64,000 nt of DNA from Octopus sinensis (Eukaryota): contig NC_043022.1 of assembly GCF_006345805.1 (NCBI RefSeq), positions 4,154,001 to 4,218,000 of the forward strand, in the 5' to 3' direction. The notes under the pieces were generated by a model, which saw nothing but the letters and a program-made list of their open reading frames with translations, did not search any database and had not been told where the DNA came from. This document shows positions 49,786 to 63,835 of this stretch, in pieces (the stretch's first letter is position 1; every line of letters starts with the position of its first letter). Position numbers and translations under genes: made by a program.

Positions 49786-50319
49786 CAGTGGCTCTCAATC
49801 GGGGGCTCCACGCAAGCAAAATAGTAAATGGGAGATCCACATGTTGTATTTTAAGGGTCCATGAAAATTTTTACTTTCGATGTATTTTTTGCAAGAAACC
49901 TATTTCTTTATTGCCCACAAGGGGCTAAACACAGAGGGGACAAACAAGGACAGACATAGGTATTAAGTCGATTACATCGACCCCAGTGTGTAACTGGTAC
50001 TTAAGTTATCGACCTCGAAAGGATGAAAGGCAAAGTCGACCTCGGCGGAATTTGAACTCACAACGTAACGCAGATGAAATACCGCTAAGCATTTCGCCCA
50101 GCGTGCTAACGATTCTGCCAGCTCGCCGCCTTTTTTTTTGCAAGAAACCGTTAGGTTTCTTTCTCGAACATTTAACAGAATTTTACATAATTCAGTCTAC
50201 ACAAATGAATGGGTAAAAAAAAACAAAATAGGAATTTTGAAAGAAGTTTCTATAAAACTACCAGAATGAAATGGTAATGAAAGGGGTCTGTAGGTAAAAA
50301 AAATGGCCGAGAACCACTG
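49786..50319. mobile_element. hAT-type MITE (CAGTGG.TCTC...GAGAACCACTG) carrying a family-B SINE (49901-50130, TSD tttttgcaagaaacc)
   Basis: TIRs and nested TSD seen; a second partial copy continues from about 50330 to 51017. Confidence 0.72.
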
Positions 50320-50440
50320 CTTTAGATATATTAATTGCAAGAAAAAGCTAGGCTTCTTTCTCAAACATTTTACATAGTTTAACAGGTTTCTGGCCACCAA
50401 GACATGTTCTCTCGGAGAGTTCTAGAGCAAACCTTCACAA

Positions 50441-50862
50441 GGCGCAGGAGTGGCTGTGTGGTAAGTAGCTTGCTTACCAACCACATGGTTCCGGGTTCAG
50501 TCCCACTGCGTGACACCATGGGCAAGTGTCTTCTGCTATAGCCTCGGGCCGACCAAAGCCTTGTGAGTGGATTGGTAGACGGAAACTGAAAGAAGCTTGT
50601 CGTATATATGTATATATATATATGTATGTGTGTGTATGTATGTGTGTGTGTGTGGTTGTCCCCCTAGCATTGCTTGACAACCGATGCTGGTGTGTTTACG
50701 TCCCCATCACTTAGCGGTTCGGCAAAAGAGACCGATAGAATAAGTACTGGGCTTACAAAGAATAAGTCCCATGGGTCGATTTGCTCGACTAAAGGCGGTG
50801 CTCCAGCATGGCCGCAGTCAAATGACTGAAACAAGTAAAAGAGTAAAATAGAGTAAAGAGTA
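50441..50862 (+). mobile_element. SINE family A, full length, young
   Basis: CpGs retained; (gagtaaa) tail. Confidence 0.92.
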
Positions 50863-51238
50863 AGTGAATGGGTAAAAAACAAAACAGGAATTTTGAAAGA
50901 AGTTTCTAGTTTTTAAAAGAACTGGTTTTTAAATGTCAAATGGCTTTGGAGGTCCACCAGAATGATACAGTAATTAAAGAGGTCCACAGGTAAAGAAAAG
51001 AAAAAAGGTTGAGAACTCTTGGTAGAGATAAAGTAGCTTCCGTTTGTTTGATGCCTGGACATCAATTAATGTTCTGTGTTTATTCCAGGAGGCTAAGCAG
51101 GGAGGCATCAAATCAAAACACATGGACAAGAGTTGATTTGAGCAGCACTTTGGCTCAAAGTGAGTGGAGAATTAAGAGTGCATCTGAAGAAGAGACAGAT
51201 TAAGAAAACACTTGGAGACCTTGATGTCAAATCCTTAA

Positions 51239-51459
51239 CCCTTTAGTGTTTAAACCGGCCAAATCCAGCCCAATATATTCTATATATTTTATATTCAAAC
51301 TGGCGATATCTAGCCTCTCACTCCTAACCTACAATGCCATTCTGAAAATAAACAATCACATCATTGAAACCTCAAAGCTATAAGATAATGCATGATTAAT
51401 TCAAAACAATTTGAGTGAAAAAGTATTACATTTAACAGAGTATTCTGAACACTAAAGGG
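51239..51459 (+). mobile_element. piggyBac-type MITE family 2, complete (221 bp)
   Basis: TTAA TSD; TIR ccctttagtgtt/aacactaaaggg. Confidence 0.88.
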
Positions 51460-52356
51460 TTAAATCCTTAAAAATGTTTTAGCCCAAAAGCCACGGCCAT
51501 GCTGGGGCACCACCACTGGAGAACATTACAAACCACAGCCACTTTGGAATGCACTTGTCTATCTTGGGGTCAATCAAAGTAGTGGCAAGAGAAAAGAAAG
51601 GACAACAGTAACTAGAGAGAGAGAGAGAGAGAGAGTAAAAAAAGAAGGTTAACGGCTTCAATCTGTTGATAGTAAAGGAGAGTTACTTGCCCCTAGCTTC
51701 TTCAGACAGTCTCAATGGAGAAACTGTTTAAATAGATATCGATAACAGAGCCAAGTTTCTTCGAAGATTAGCCTCGTGTTTAATTAAATCAGTACAGTTA
51801 TTAATGAGGAAATTAAGGTGATCGTAAATGGAAAGTTTACGGATTTAAATGGGGAGTAAAAGTGAAAGTAGAAAAGGTTAATTGGTGAATGGAAGAAGAT
51901 AAAAGCGATAAAAGTTTGGATGAATATAAACAAAAGATGATTGTAAATTGTCAAGTCAATATTTAGTGAACCTTGGGTAAATTCAGAGGTTCTTGACATG
52001 GGTGGTACTGCCCCCAGGAGAGGAGGGGGGGCAATGGGCATATCAAACAGTGTATTAACATACTAAACATACTAAATTTTACCTATAGTAATAACTAACA
52101 TATTAAACTTTACCTATAGTAATAATAATTATATTCCACATGATAAAACGAGTAATGGTCATTAGAATAAAACGAGATTTCTTCAGGCCCAGGGAAGTCA
52201 CTGACTTGCAATGTATAAACTAGTAAATTTACATCTTATTCCACGACTATAAGATACCCGGTTTTGGTTAAACTGCATTGCAAAATGTGGGAGTAGTTAG
52301 GAATCTAAATCGGAGTAGACAGACACACAACCTCACTTTTATATATAAATATTTTC

Positions 52357-52959
52357 GTATGGATTGAATGGTTACCTCTATGGAAATATATACATGCACA
52401 TTATACATACATGTGTGTATAGATGAATATATAAATACATTTAAATATCTATATACACTTTTGGGCGATCTTTCTTTTTCTTAGAGATAACTTTAGATCT
52501 TATTTTCGTCCTAAAAAACTTTGTATGGAGTGAATGGTTACCTCTATGGAAATATATACACACACATTATACATACATGTGTGTATAGATGAATATATAA
52601 ATACATTTAAATATCTATATACACTTTTGGGCGATCTTTCTGTTTCTTAGAGATAACTTTAGATCTTATTTTCGTCCTAAAAAACTTTGTATGGAGTGAA
52701 TGGTTACCTCTATGGAAATATATACACGCACATTATACATACATGTGTGTATAGATGAATATATAAATACATTAAAATATCTATATACACTTTTGGGCGA
52801 TCTTTCTGTTTCTTAGAGATAACTTTAGATCTTATTTTCGTCCTAAAAAACTTTGTATGGAGTGAATGGTTACCTCTATGGAAATATATACACACACGTT
52901 ATACATACATGTGTGCATAGATGAATATATAAATACATTTATATATCTATATACACTTT
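52357..52959. repeat. 166-bp tandem repeat, about 3.6 near-identical copies
   Basis: gttacctctatgg at 52371, 52537, 52703 and 52869. Confidence 0.95.
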
Positions 52960-53634
52960 ATCAATTTTTTTCATTATTTCAATGTTAAAAGCTTACACAA
53001 TCCATTTTTAGAGTAAAATTTATAAATTATCATCTGTTTTAAGTTAGGCATAACAACTACTTAACAGGAGACAAAAAAAAAGGGGCTGCTGTCAAGTCGA
53101 AAGATAGGATGATTCAATCATAGGTGTAATTCAGTAGTGGTTGTCATGTTGTGATTAGAACCATCATACTCTTTAGTTGCTTGACCAGTGATTTATACAT
53201 TGGGTTTAAGTTATCAAGATGGTTTTGTAGATGTGGGATTGTATAAGGTCATGGTAACCACCACTGAGTCAACCATGGGTTAAATTAGTTGTGGGCAACC
53301 TGTGATCCACAAGACTCCCTGAACGGTGCACTTAATGAACAAATATCACCTTGATTTTTTTTTTCTCAGGTAGAGTAGCCCACCTGTTGATCAGCCCATG
53401 TCCTGTCTCATGTGGCTTTGTCTCTCATAAAACTTTGCCCCAAGCCTGGGTTTAAATGGCTAAGGTGGTATAGGTGAAGCCCAACCAATTACCATCACCT
53501 CCAACAATAGGCAGGAAGATCACAATGGAGTCACTGCCTATGAGAAGTAGCAGCCAAATCTACCTCAACTCACACCATTCCATCTTGAATATAGCAAAGA
53601 CACAAAGGACAATGTAATCCTAGACACCCCACCC

Positions 53635-54010
53635 TTAACCCTTTGGCTAATATGCAACCCAAATATCCTACCTGCTTCATGTTCAAATTGGCCAGATCTA
53701 CCCTCTTGCACTTACCCTACAATGTCATTCTTAAAATAAACAATCACCTCATTGAAATCTTGAAGCTTATGAGATAATGCACGATTAATTCAAAACAATG
53801 CAAATAAATAAGCATTGCATCTGAGAGAGGAATCAGAACGTTGAAGGACTGAATTGGTTATATCCCGCCTCTCATACCTTCCCTACAATGTCAGTCTAAA
53901 AACAGTCACTTCATTGAAACCTCAAAGCTATGAGACGATACATAAAACAATGGGAATAAATAAGCTTTACATTACATTTGACAGCGTAATCTGAATGCTA
54001 AAAGGGTTAA
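53635..54010 (+). mobile_element. Tandem piggyBac-type MITE family 2 units
   Basis: ttaacccttt...gaatgctaaaagggttaa with an internal repeat of the body. Confidence 0.68.
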
Positions 54011-54796
54011 AAAGACAGGGTAGGCACAGCTGGAATGTCTGATTAGAGATGTACTCAACCATTACTGATAGAAGGTTATATAGCAGCAACAGCAGAGAAA
54101 CCCAGAAAAGGGTAAGCCACCCTCCACCCTGGACTTAACCAAAGATTTCAGCTGAACCGGCACCACCCACACCCACCAGCACCATCACCATCACCAGCCA
54201 CCCGCGTCACCCTTCAACGCAGCGACAGTGTTTTACTTTCATGGTGTAAAATATGCTTTAATTCAAAGAGCTGTACGGCAATTTCCAGTGAAAACAGAGT
54301 AAATACCATAAAAGGAAATGTTGAAAAGCCAACACCACAACAAAGAGAGAGAGAGAGAGAGGGAGAGGGAGAATAAAATGGAGGCATTTAAAGAGAGAGT
54401 AATCTAGAAAATTCATCAGTTTATGGAGTGAAACATGCAATATGGTGAAATTATATTTCATAAGATCTGAAATATTGTGGTGTATACAATAAATATGGAA
54501 GAGACACAGAAAGAGAGAGAGAGACAGAGACAGAGAGATAAATATGAAGAGAGATAGATATGAAGAGAGAGAGAGAGAGGTGGAGGGAAGCCGGAGAGGA
54601 TGGGTGGGAGGGAGAAGTTTTATGGAGTTTGCTGAAAGTTAAATGTTCACTGCTCTTTTATCACGGCATGTGTCCCCCTTTATGTCAGAGATATCAAGAT
54701 AATAATTTAACACTTGCCAGGTTTGTTCAGGCATAATTGCACCGACAGTTGCAAAGAACGCCAGTTATCCTGACACTGCAGGTGCTACACACATAT

Positions 54797-54831
<35 letters not shown>

Positions 54832-55067
54832 TACATATATACATGCACACATGCAAGCACAAGCATGCACGCAGGCAGGCAGGCAAGCACACACAGAGTG
54901 ATGTTGGAAGGGCTATAATTCACTGCTGCCCTCAATATAGCTCCACGTGAAGTCTAGCAGAGTTGACAGTGTCAGTGGGGGCATGTCAGAAAGGTTATGT
55001 AATAACAGAGAGAAATCTTACATCCAGGTAATCTTAAATCTCCCTTTCATGTAACGTACATCCATTG

Positions 55068-55106
<39 letters not shown>

Positions 55107-55146
55107 ATGTGTGTACATATATATATATATATATATATGTATGTGC

Positions 55147-55199
<53 letters not shown>

Positions 55200-55353
55200 T
55201 GTGTGGGTGAGTGTGTGTGTGTATATAAATATATGTATGTATGTGTGTATATGTATATATATATTTATACACACACATACAAACATACACATCTACATAC
55301 ATATATATACATACATACACAAACATATATATACATATACATCACATACATAT

Positions 55354-55384
<31 letters not shown>

Positions 55385-55502
55385 CATACAAATACACATA
55401 TACATACTGACATTTATATATACATATGTAGATATATAGAAATACATATACATATAGACATGTATATGCATGTATACACACACGCACACACACACACACA
55501 CA
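55068..55502. repeat. Compound TA/TG/CA microsatellite
   Basis: Direct inspection. Confidence 0.93.
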
Positions 55503-56619
55503 GTGGGGTTGGCATGAAAGATGACAGGCAGAGGACTAGCATTATGGCAGCAGAACAGCGGCAGCCAAAGGAAAGGAAAGAATTGAAATAAAATAAAACG
55601 GTATTTGTGTCAATTAAGGAAAATTAAATTAATATTCCTTTGCAAGTTAATGGCCCATTTTAGCACACAACTATTGATTTATTCATCAGTCGTTCCTGGA
55701 GATAGGATATATTTTTACACCCAGCTCATAAAATTATGCAAGATTGCCACTTGCTTCAAGAACTTATAAATTTATAATGCTTTTAAATATTGTAATTTTG
55801 AACTGATTGTGGTTGTTTTTTTTCTTTCTTCTTTTCCTGTTCTTTAGTGCCTTATAGGCGCGACACTACTGAATGTGGAGAACAGGAGCCAGAGGAAAGG
55901 AGGGGTAGGCTTTTTTTTTTTTTTTAAAGCTAAAAAACTCATCCATCAAATGAGACAAGACTGGGAGAAAAAACGAAAACAAAAAAAAACCCCAAGTTGG
56001 ACACAAAAACTGTTCATTAGAATTTGAAAGTTCTTTAAAGTGTGACCAGGTCGTAGGTGTATCTGGGATAACAGTCACTATAAAAAGGAACAAAGGAGTG
56101 ACTTTAATAGAGTGTGTGTTTACTAAATCACAGAGATGACCCCTGCCAAAATACCAGAGAATTCGCTTCGGTACACGACTTTTAGATTAAAACCCCTTGC
56201 TAGGATATGGACATGAAACTGAAAAATCAAAAGCTTTGGTCGGATCAGTAATGGACTTAAAAACTGAAAATAAATATCAATTTCCTTATTTGCTGCTGTC
56301 GGAAAACCAACATTTGACAACTTCATAGAAAAAGCTTTGAACCTTGTTTAAAATTTAATTGCATACTTATATAATTCAACTGCTTTTGGACACACGTACT
56401 AATGTGCTCAAGTATAAAGTCAGACACATATTTAGTGACATAAACCAATTTTATAGTCTTTAGTTATAAAACCTGTTCTATAGAGATGAAGGGAACATTA
56501 TTTCACAATTTAAAATATTTCAAAGTATACAACCGAAATCACCACAGTCAAAATATTATATGACTAAGGAAAAATTGAAATACACAACGGCCTAGCAATG
56601 AACACACCTAACTATTTGA

Positions 56620-57075
56620 GTCTTTAGCATTTAAACCAGTCATATCCAGCCCAAATATTCTATCCAGTTTATGTTGAAACCAGCCAGATCCAGCCTCTCA
56701 CACCTACCCAATATTGATATTCTAAAAAATATACAACCCCATCATTGAAATCTCAAAGTTACGAGATAATGTAGGATTAACTGAAAACAATTACAATGTG
56801 AATAGATAAGGATTACATTTGACAGAATAAATCTGAATGCTAAAGGATTAATGTTAATGGTATATACCTTCCTAATATATACATATATCAAATATTTTGA
56901 CTTGTTTTCTGTACAGAGTGGCCATGGCTGACCTCTCACACTGACTCTACAATGTCAGGCTAAAATAATCACATCATCAAAACTGGAAAGCTACGAGATA
57001 ATCCATGATTAACTCAAAGCAATGTGAATAAATAAGCATTACCTTTGTCAGAGTAATCTGAATGCTTAACAGTTA
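56620..57075 (+). mobile_element. Two piggyBac-type MITE family 2 units
   Basis: Body matches 51239-51459. Confidence 0.7.
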
Positions 57076-57628
57076 ATGAACCCTCTTGAACTGCAAATGG
57101 AGATAATCCCCACCAATGTCCCAGGGGTTTCAGACTTAGACAGAAGGTACAATGTGATACCTCTTCCACAGCCAGTTTAAAGGGCTGGGAAGAAGTGATG
57201 CTTAGTTGCAGACACAAAGGGCAGCCAATGTGGGAAAACCAAGAATAGGTGCAGAAAAGCCTTGTGCGTTAGGACTGCTGGGTCTATCTGACTTTAGGAC
57301 TGCCAAATCTATTTGGCCATTTCTGTGTGAAGGCCCGAGGCCCAGTAGTGAGGGGGAGCTCAGCTAATGAACCTGTGTGATTCTTGTCCTTGAGCAAGGC
57401 ACTTAGTTTCACATTGCTCCAGCCAACTCAGCTAAGCCTAAGTACTGAAACAACCCTTTGTTCCTCCGGCTGTCAGAGGCCGGATGTTCGACCAGGCCAA
57501 GAGTTGGAAGGACTGAATGGTTGATGGGGGGGGGGGGAGAAAGACTGTAAATGTACAATTTCAAATATTAAAGAAAGGGAGAATAATGATTGGGGTGGAA
57601 CAGTCAAACAAACTAAAACATCGATTAA

Positions 57629-57849
57629 CCCTTTCATTACCAACCCGGCTGAAACCACCTCTGGCTCTGTAGTACAAATGTCTTGTTTTCATAAGTTTTT
57701 AATTAAAATCTTCCACCAAACCTTAGTCACAATTTATGCTCCTAAAACTAGCTTAATGATAACTAAGTTATTTTACTAAATTCTTTGTTATATTTAAAGT
57801 AATTGAAAGAAACACAAAGCATCTCAAAATAAATACAGTAACGAAAGGG
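57629..57849 (-). mobile_element. piggyBac-type MITE family 1, complete
   Basis: TTAA TSD; TIR ccctttcattac/gtaacgaaaggg; inverted relative to 27086-27307. Confidence 0.9.
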
Positions 57850-57962
57850 TTAATGGCCACCAAAACAGAGTGAGATTTAAGATTTTGTAGAGGGGAAACA
57901 TTCTGCAAGAGAAGGAAGCTTAGATTTCAAAGAAATAGATTTACTTTAGATAAGAAGCAGTA

Positions 57963-58167
57963 GAGTGAACCCTTGACTATCGTGGGTGTTACATTCCCAA
58001 AACCCCATCACGACAAGTGAAAATGCGCAAAGTAGAAACAGTACTGCATATTTTTTTTTATTATTTCTATAATTTGTACATATTTATTTTATTACAAAAG
58101 CAAAAGACCACAAAGGAATCAATGTAAGCTTAAAAAATAAATTACAATACGGTGATGGATTACTGCA
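57963..58167. mobile_element. Decayed pogo/Tigger-like MITE
   Basis: ta-gagtgaacccttgactatcgtgggtgttacattcc...gaaaatgcgcaaagtag resembles Tigger-type termini. Confidence 0.45.
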
Positions 58168-58309
58168 CAATAATTAATAATTTTTTTTTTTTGGTGCTTG
58201 TGGGTGTGTGTAGGGGGGGGGGTCAGTATTTAACCCCGACTCCTTCCGGACCACCTCTGGTTGCTGCTTTACATTATTTTAATTAAAATCATTCTCTGAT
58301 TGAACTACA

Positions 58310-58752
58310 GGTACAAAGCTAAAACTTTTGGGGGGAGGAAGGGGGGACAGTCCCATTGACCCCCAGTGCTTGACTGGGACTCATTTTATTAAAACCCTGA
58401 AAGGATGAAAGGCACAGTTGACATTGACAGAATTTGAACTCAGAACAAGGCCGGAAGAAATGCTGCTAACGATTCTGCCAACTTGCTGCCTCATGCCCGA
58501 TTTCAAATTAGTTAGGAGGACGGGGCCAGTCAATTACAGTGACCCCACTGCTCAACTGATACTTATTTTACTGACCCCGAAAGGATGAAAGGTAAAGATG
58601 ACCCTAGTGGAATTTGAACTCAGAACATAAAGACAGACATAAATACCTATTTCTTTACTACCCACAAGGGGCTAAACACAGAGAGGACAAACAAGGACAA
58701 ACGGGTTACATCGAGCCCAGTGTGTAACTGGTACTTAATTTATCGACCCCGA
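58310..58752 (-). mobile_element. Cluster of family-B SINE fragments
   Basis: aaggatgaaagg core repeated. Confidence 0.75.
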
Positions 58753-59418
58753 CAGACAATGCCAAACTAAGGAGGTTTGCACAAATTTAAGTGACTGATT
58801 CCTCATAACTAAACAACCTCAGGAATTTATTTACATATGAAACAAAACATTCCAATAAAACCAAAAAAATTAAATATAGTTCAACATTGAAACAATAATG
58901 GCTCGTTTTAGGAAGTGAAGCTAACAAACCAACAATTAATAGCTTAGAATAGAAGACCCGTCTTTTAATATGTTTGCACCATGAGTTTGGAGACGTAACA
59001 TGGTAATTTCAAAGAAATATCTATCTGTACTTCAGAGAAATATTGTCTCTCTTTCAAAGAAAGAATTTCAACAAATGAGATTTCAATAAAACAGAATGAA
59101 GAAAATAATAAGAGACAAAATTAAAGCTATACCACTTCACAGCCATTAAAAATAAATCTAAACACAGTATTTACATATGACGTTGCTCCACCAAAATGTT
59201 TTCATAAACCAAAATCTTTAAAGTAATCCGTTAGATCAAAACTGAATTAATTCCTCTCGTGGTATGACAAAAAAAAATAAGAAGAAAGAAAAAACCTACG
59301 CACACATGAAGAACATTACCTCTAAGTGTGTGTGTGTATACATACGACTGTATTTCTATGTGTGTGTATGTATGTATATATATATATATATTGCTCTCTG
59401 CGTCATATATACATGTGT

Positions 59419-59479
<61 letters not shown>

Positions 59480-59979
59480 GTATGTATGTATGCACATGTA
59501 TATATGAGGCAGAGAGCAATCGAGAGTAAGGAGAAAGCAAGCAAGAGAAAGAGAGAATGGAAGACAGAGCAACCAAGAAAGAGAGAGAGAGAAAGACAGA
59601 CAGATAGATAGAGAAAGAGGGAGAGAGAGAGAGAGAGGGAGATAAATAGATAGATTGATAGATAATGGGTAACAATTTGTACAATATGAATAAATATCAA
59701 AGTAAAAATGTAGTGGAAGAACCGAAATAGATAAAACGCTAAAGGGAGCAAATAAATCTTTGTAGTATATTCTGAATCATTCAGCTCAATCAATAAACTA
59801 TTGGAGACCAAAGCCGAGTCTCAAAGACTATCAAAGACATGGCAATCTTCGATTTACAACATAGAAATAAAATGCCAGTAGGAAATAGAAAACATTAAGA
59901 TATTTTATAAGGCTACACACGAACACAACTGTATACGTGAGAGTGTGTGTGTGTATGTATGGTTGGTTATGTATGTGTG

Positions 59980-60195
59980 TATGTGAGGGTATGTGTATGC
60001 AAAAGTGTATGTATGTATGTGAGGGTATGTGTATGCGAAAGTGTATGTATGTATGTGAGGGTATGTGTATGCGAAAGTGTATGTATGTATGTGAGGGTAT
60101 GTGTATGCGAAAGTGTATGTATGTATGTGAGGGTATGTGTATGCGAAAGTGTATGTATGTATGTGAGGGTATGTGTATGAGAAAGTGTATGTATG
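59980..60195. repeat. 36-bp minisatellite, about 6 copies (gtatgtgagggtatgtgtatgcgaaagtgtatgtat)
   Basis: gaggg at 59985, 60021 and onward with period 36. Confidence 0.93.
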
Positions 60196-60589
60196 TCTGT
60201 GTCTATGTGTTGGTCTGTGTGTCTGTGTGTGTGTGTGTGAAAAGACATTTACTCAGGAGGTTGTTACACAAATAAATACACATTTTCATTCGACAGAACG
60301 CTTTGCAACGCCATGTTTGAGAGAAGTTCTTCCAAAATGGAGATGAAATAATAATATTTAAAGTTACCACAGAGAGAGAGAGAGAAGGGAGGGGGGGGAG
60401 CAAGCAACGACTTGGGGTTTTTGAGTCAGCAAAAGATCTACGATAGAGTTACTACCACTATAAAATGGCGCTGGCTCTGATTAACACGACCATCACCACT
60501 GACATTGTAATGATGAAGTATTTATTACAGAATGGGTGTCTCAGGGAAAATAAAACTGAACACAAGTTAAAGACAGAATGGTTGATTTT

Positions 60590-61160
<571 letters not shown>

Positions 61161-61162
<2 letters not shown>

Positions 61163-61541
61163 CGCAGGAGTGGCTGTGTGGTAAGTAGCTTGCTTACCAA
61201 TCACATGGTTCCGGGTTAAGTCCCACTGCGTAGCACATTGGGCAAGTGTCTTCTACTATAGCCTTGGGTTGACCAAAGCCTTGTGAGTAGATTTGGTAGA
61301 CGGAAACTGAAAGAAGCCAGTCGTATAAATATGTATATGTATATATATATGTGTGTTTGTGTTTGTCCCCCCAACATCACTTGCCAACTGATGCTGGTGT
61401 GCTTACGTCCCTGTAACTTAGAGGTTCGGAAAAAGAGACCGATAGAATAAGTACTAGTCCTGGGGTCGAATCGCTTGACTAAAGGCGGTGCTCCAGCATG
61501 GCCACAGTCAAATGACTGAAATAAGTAAAAGATTAAAAGAG
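61161..61541 (+). mobile_element. SINE family A
   Basis: Consensus match. Confidence 0.9.
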
Positions 61542-61589
61542 TATATATGTATGCATGTCTGTGTGTGTGTGTGTATTGGCATAAAGTGA

Positions 61590-61850
61590 TGGTGTAGTGG
61601 TTAGAGTGTTGCACTTATAGTCTGCTGGGTTCAATCCCATGAGTGGGTGGCATGTTGTGTTCTTGGGCAAATTCATTTTACGTTGGTCCACTCACCTGTA
61701 AATGACTGTCCTGGCGACAGGATACCTATTCTGATCAGGGAGAATGTTGGCTTCCAAGTCTAGCCAGCAGGGTGGCATCATTTGGAAGCTAAAACAGTTC
61801 AAAGCGTACAGTGACCAGTGATGTACAACAGTATCTGATAGCCTGGTCGA
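61590..61850 (+). mobile_element. Older tRNA-derived SINE (family F)
   Basis: tggtgtagtggttagag...gggttcaatccc head; tail gggtggcatcatt...gatagcctggtc is also seen at about 16845-16900 (-) and 38750-38830 (+). Confidence 0.65.
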
Positions 61851-62423
61851 CAACACCATGATACTGTGTAATATTGGCATAAAGCCTCCAACCCCTCTCA
61901 AATACTCACCCCCAACTTAGTAGAAGGGCGTCCAGGTACAGAAAATGTGCCAAAGAGCTGCCACTGGTAATTAGCACAGTCCTGCAGCTTGCCATATCCT
62001 GTCAAACCATCCATGCCAGCATCAAAAAGGGACATTAAATGATGATGGTGACAATGAGGATATATATATATAGGTAGGTAAGTGACTTAGCAACATCTCA
62101 CCTGTGAACTACAGGTGCAAAAATGCATTGAAACAATTGTAGTAAATTTGAATAAAGAATCTTGTTAATTCCATCTCAGTTTTTGATCTAGCCACACACA
62201 CACACACACACAATTCTATACATCATAGAAGTTGAGGGACCAATACAAAGTGTACACTGGATTTGAACTCTTGATCGTGCCAATCAAAATTTCATATTGT
62301 GTTCCAAGCGTTTTCCATTTTGTCACTAAATAAGGTTTGTACTTCAATGTCTGTAGGGTGGGTGATCTAACAGAGCAGCCAACGCTCAAATCAACTCTGA
62401 TATGAAACAAATTCAGACAAGCT

Positions 62424-62890
62424 ACATGAGGTAACACAGCAGACCCTGTCAGTATCCCACCAACGTGAGGTAACACAGCAGACCCTGTCAGTACCCCACC
62501 AACATGAGGTAACACAGCAGACCCTGTCAGTATCCCACCAACATGAGGTAACACAGCAGACCCTGTCAGTATCCTACCAACATGAGGTAACACAGCAGAC
62601 CCTGTCAGTATCCCACCAACATGAGGTAACACAGCAGACCCTGTCAGTATCCCACCAACATGAGGTAACACAGCAGACCCTGTCAGTATCCCACCAACGT
62701 GAGGTAACACAGCAGACCCTGTCAGTATCCCACCAATGTGATGTAACACAGCAGACCCTGTCAGTACCCCACCAACGTGAGGTAACACAGCAGACCCTGT
62801 CAGTACCCCACCAACATGAGGTAACACAATAAACCATTAGTACTACACCTACATGAGGTAACATACTAAACCCTGTCAGTACCCTACCTA
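62424..62890. repeat. 39-bp minisatellite, about 12 copies (acatgaggtaacacagcagaccctgtcagtatcccacca)
   Basis: Period 39 (62424, 62463 and onward); terminal copies are degenerate. Confidence 0.96.
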
Positions 62891-63109
62891 TCCTAGTGAT
62901 GATGATAATGGTAATAGATATATACCTGGCATGGGTTGACAAAGAAACTCTTCTGCAGCAGCAGCAAGACAACACAAGATGTCGTACCACTCAAACGACC
63001 TACAATAAACTACAGGAACTTTTAGCAAATTGATGTCATACCCAGCACAGAGTCTGAACGCAGCTTCCTCAGATTATCTGATCCATGGCCCACTTCCTGA
63101 AGCCACAAT

Positions 63110-63835
63110 GCCTCACCAACCAAGAGAAGGTAGAAGCTTCAATGAAGGTATTTTGCACCTCAAAGGACACGAACTGCTATCCAGCACGAGATCCAAGAAC
63201 TAGTAGAAAGGGGTCTCAGACTGTGCAACATTGTAAAACCTTCGACTCAACACAGCAGAATGGAGCATGGATCTAATGCCACACGCAGGAATATAGTCCA
63301 GACCTAGCTCCCTCGGATTATTTCTTGTTCCCTTCCATAGCTTACTTCCTGTGTTCATGCTGTTTTATCAATCAAGAGGAGGTGGAAGATACAAGAACTG
63401 GTTAGGGTTAGGGGATCCAAGAAGTGACAGAAAGGGGTCTTCAGACGGTGCACTATGATGGCCTCTTCTTTGAATTCTTGGCTGCTTTTGGTGTAAATTG
63501 ACAAATAAAATACTGCAAAACCTTTGACTCAACACCATAGAATGGAGCATGGTTCTAATGCCACACACAGAATATAGTCCAGACCTAGCTCCCTCGGATT
63601 ATTTCTTGTTCTCTTCCATAGCTTACTTCCTGTGTTCATGCTGTTTTATCAATCAAGAGGAGGTGGAAGATACAAGAATTGGTTAGGGTTAAGGGATCCA
63701 AGAAGTGACAGAAAGGGGTCTTCAGACGATGCAACATGATGGCCTCTACTTTGAATTCTGGACTGTTTTTGGTGTAAATTGACAAATAAAGCAAATAACT
63801 TACGAAAATATTGCAAAACTTTTGATTCAACACAA
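63110..63835. repeat. ~281-bp tandem duplication (2 close copies plus 1 degenerate)
   Basis: tgttttatcaatcaagagg at 63361 and 63642; atatagtccagacc at 63291 and 63572. Confidence 0.88.

Noticed and set aside
59937-60275. Cys/Met-rich repeat ORF (metallothionein-like look)
   Set aside because: It is a 36-bp minisatellite derived from (GTAT)n.
62216-62990. 203-aa ORF with VLPHVGGILTGSA repeats; superficially CRISPR-like periodicity
   Set aside because: It is a stop-free frame of a 39-bp minisatellite. There are no unique spacers or cas genes and the context is eukaryotic.
62925-63000. Candidate for the missing upstream BAH exon (FEWYD...CAG|gtatat)
   Set aside because: It lacks the expected WYYR.SEVP...QDR motif; that exon is probably beyond position 64000.
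63400-63445. TTAGGG pair and CTGAAGA in the 281-bp repeat
   Set aside because: Only two telomeric units, and no hammerhead stem II or GAAA.
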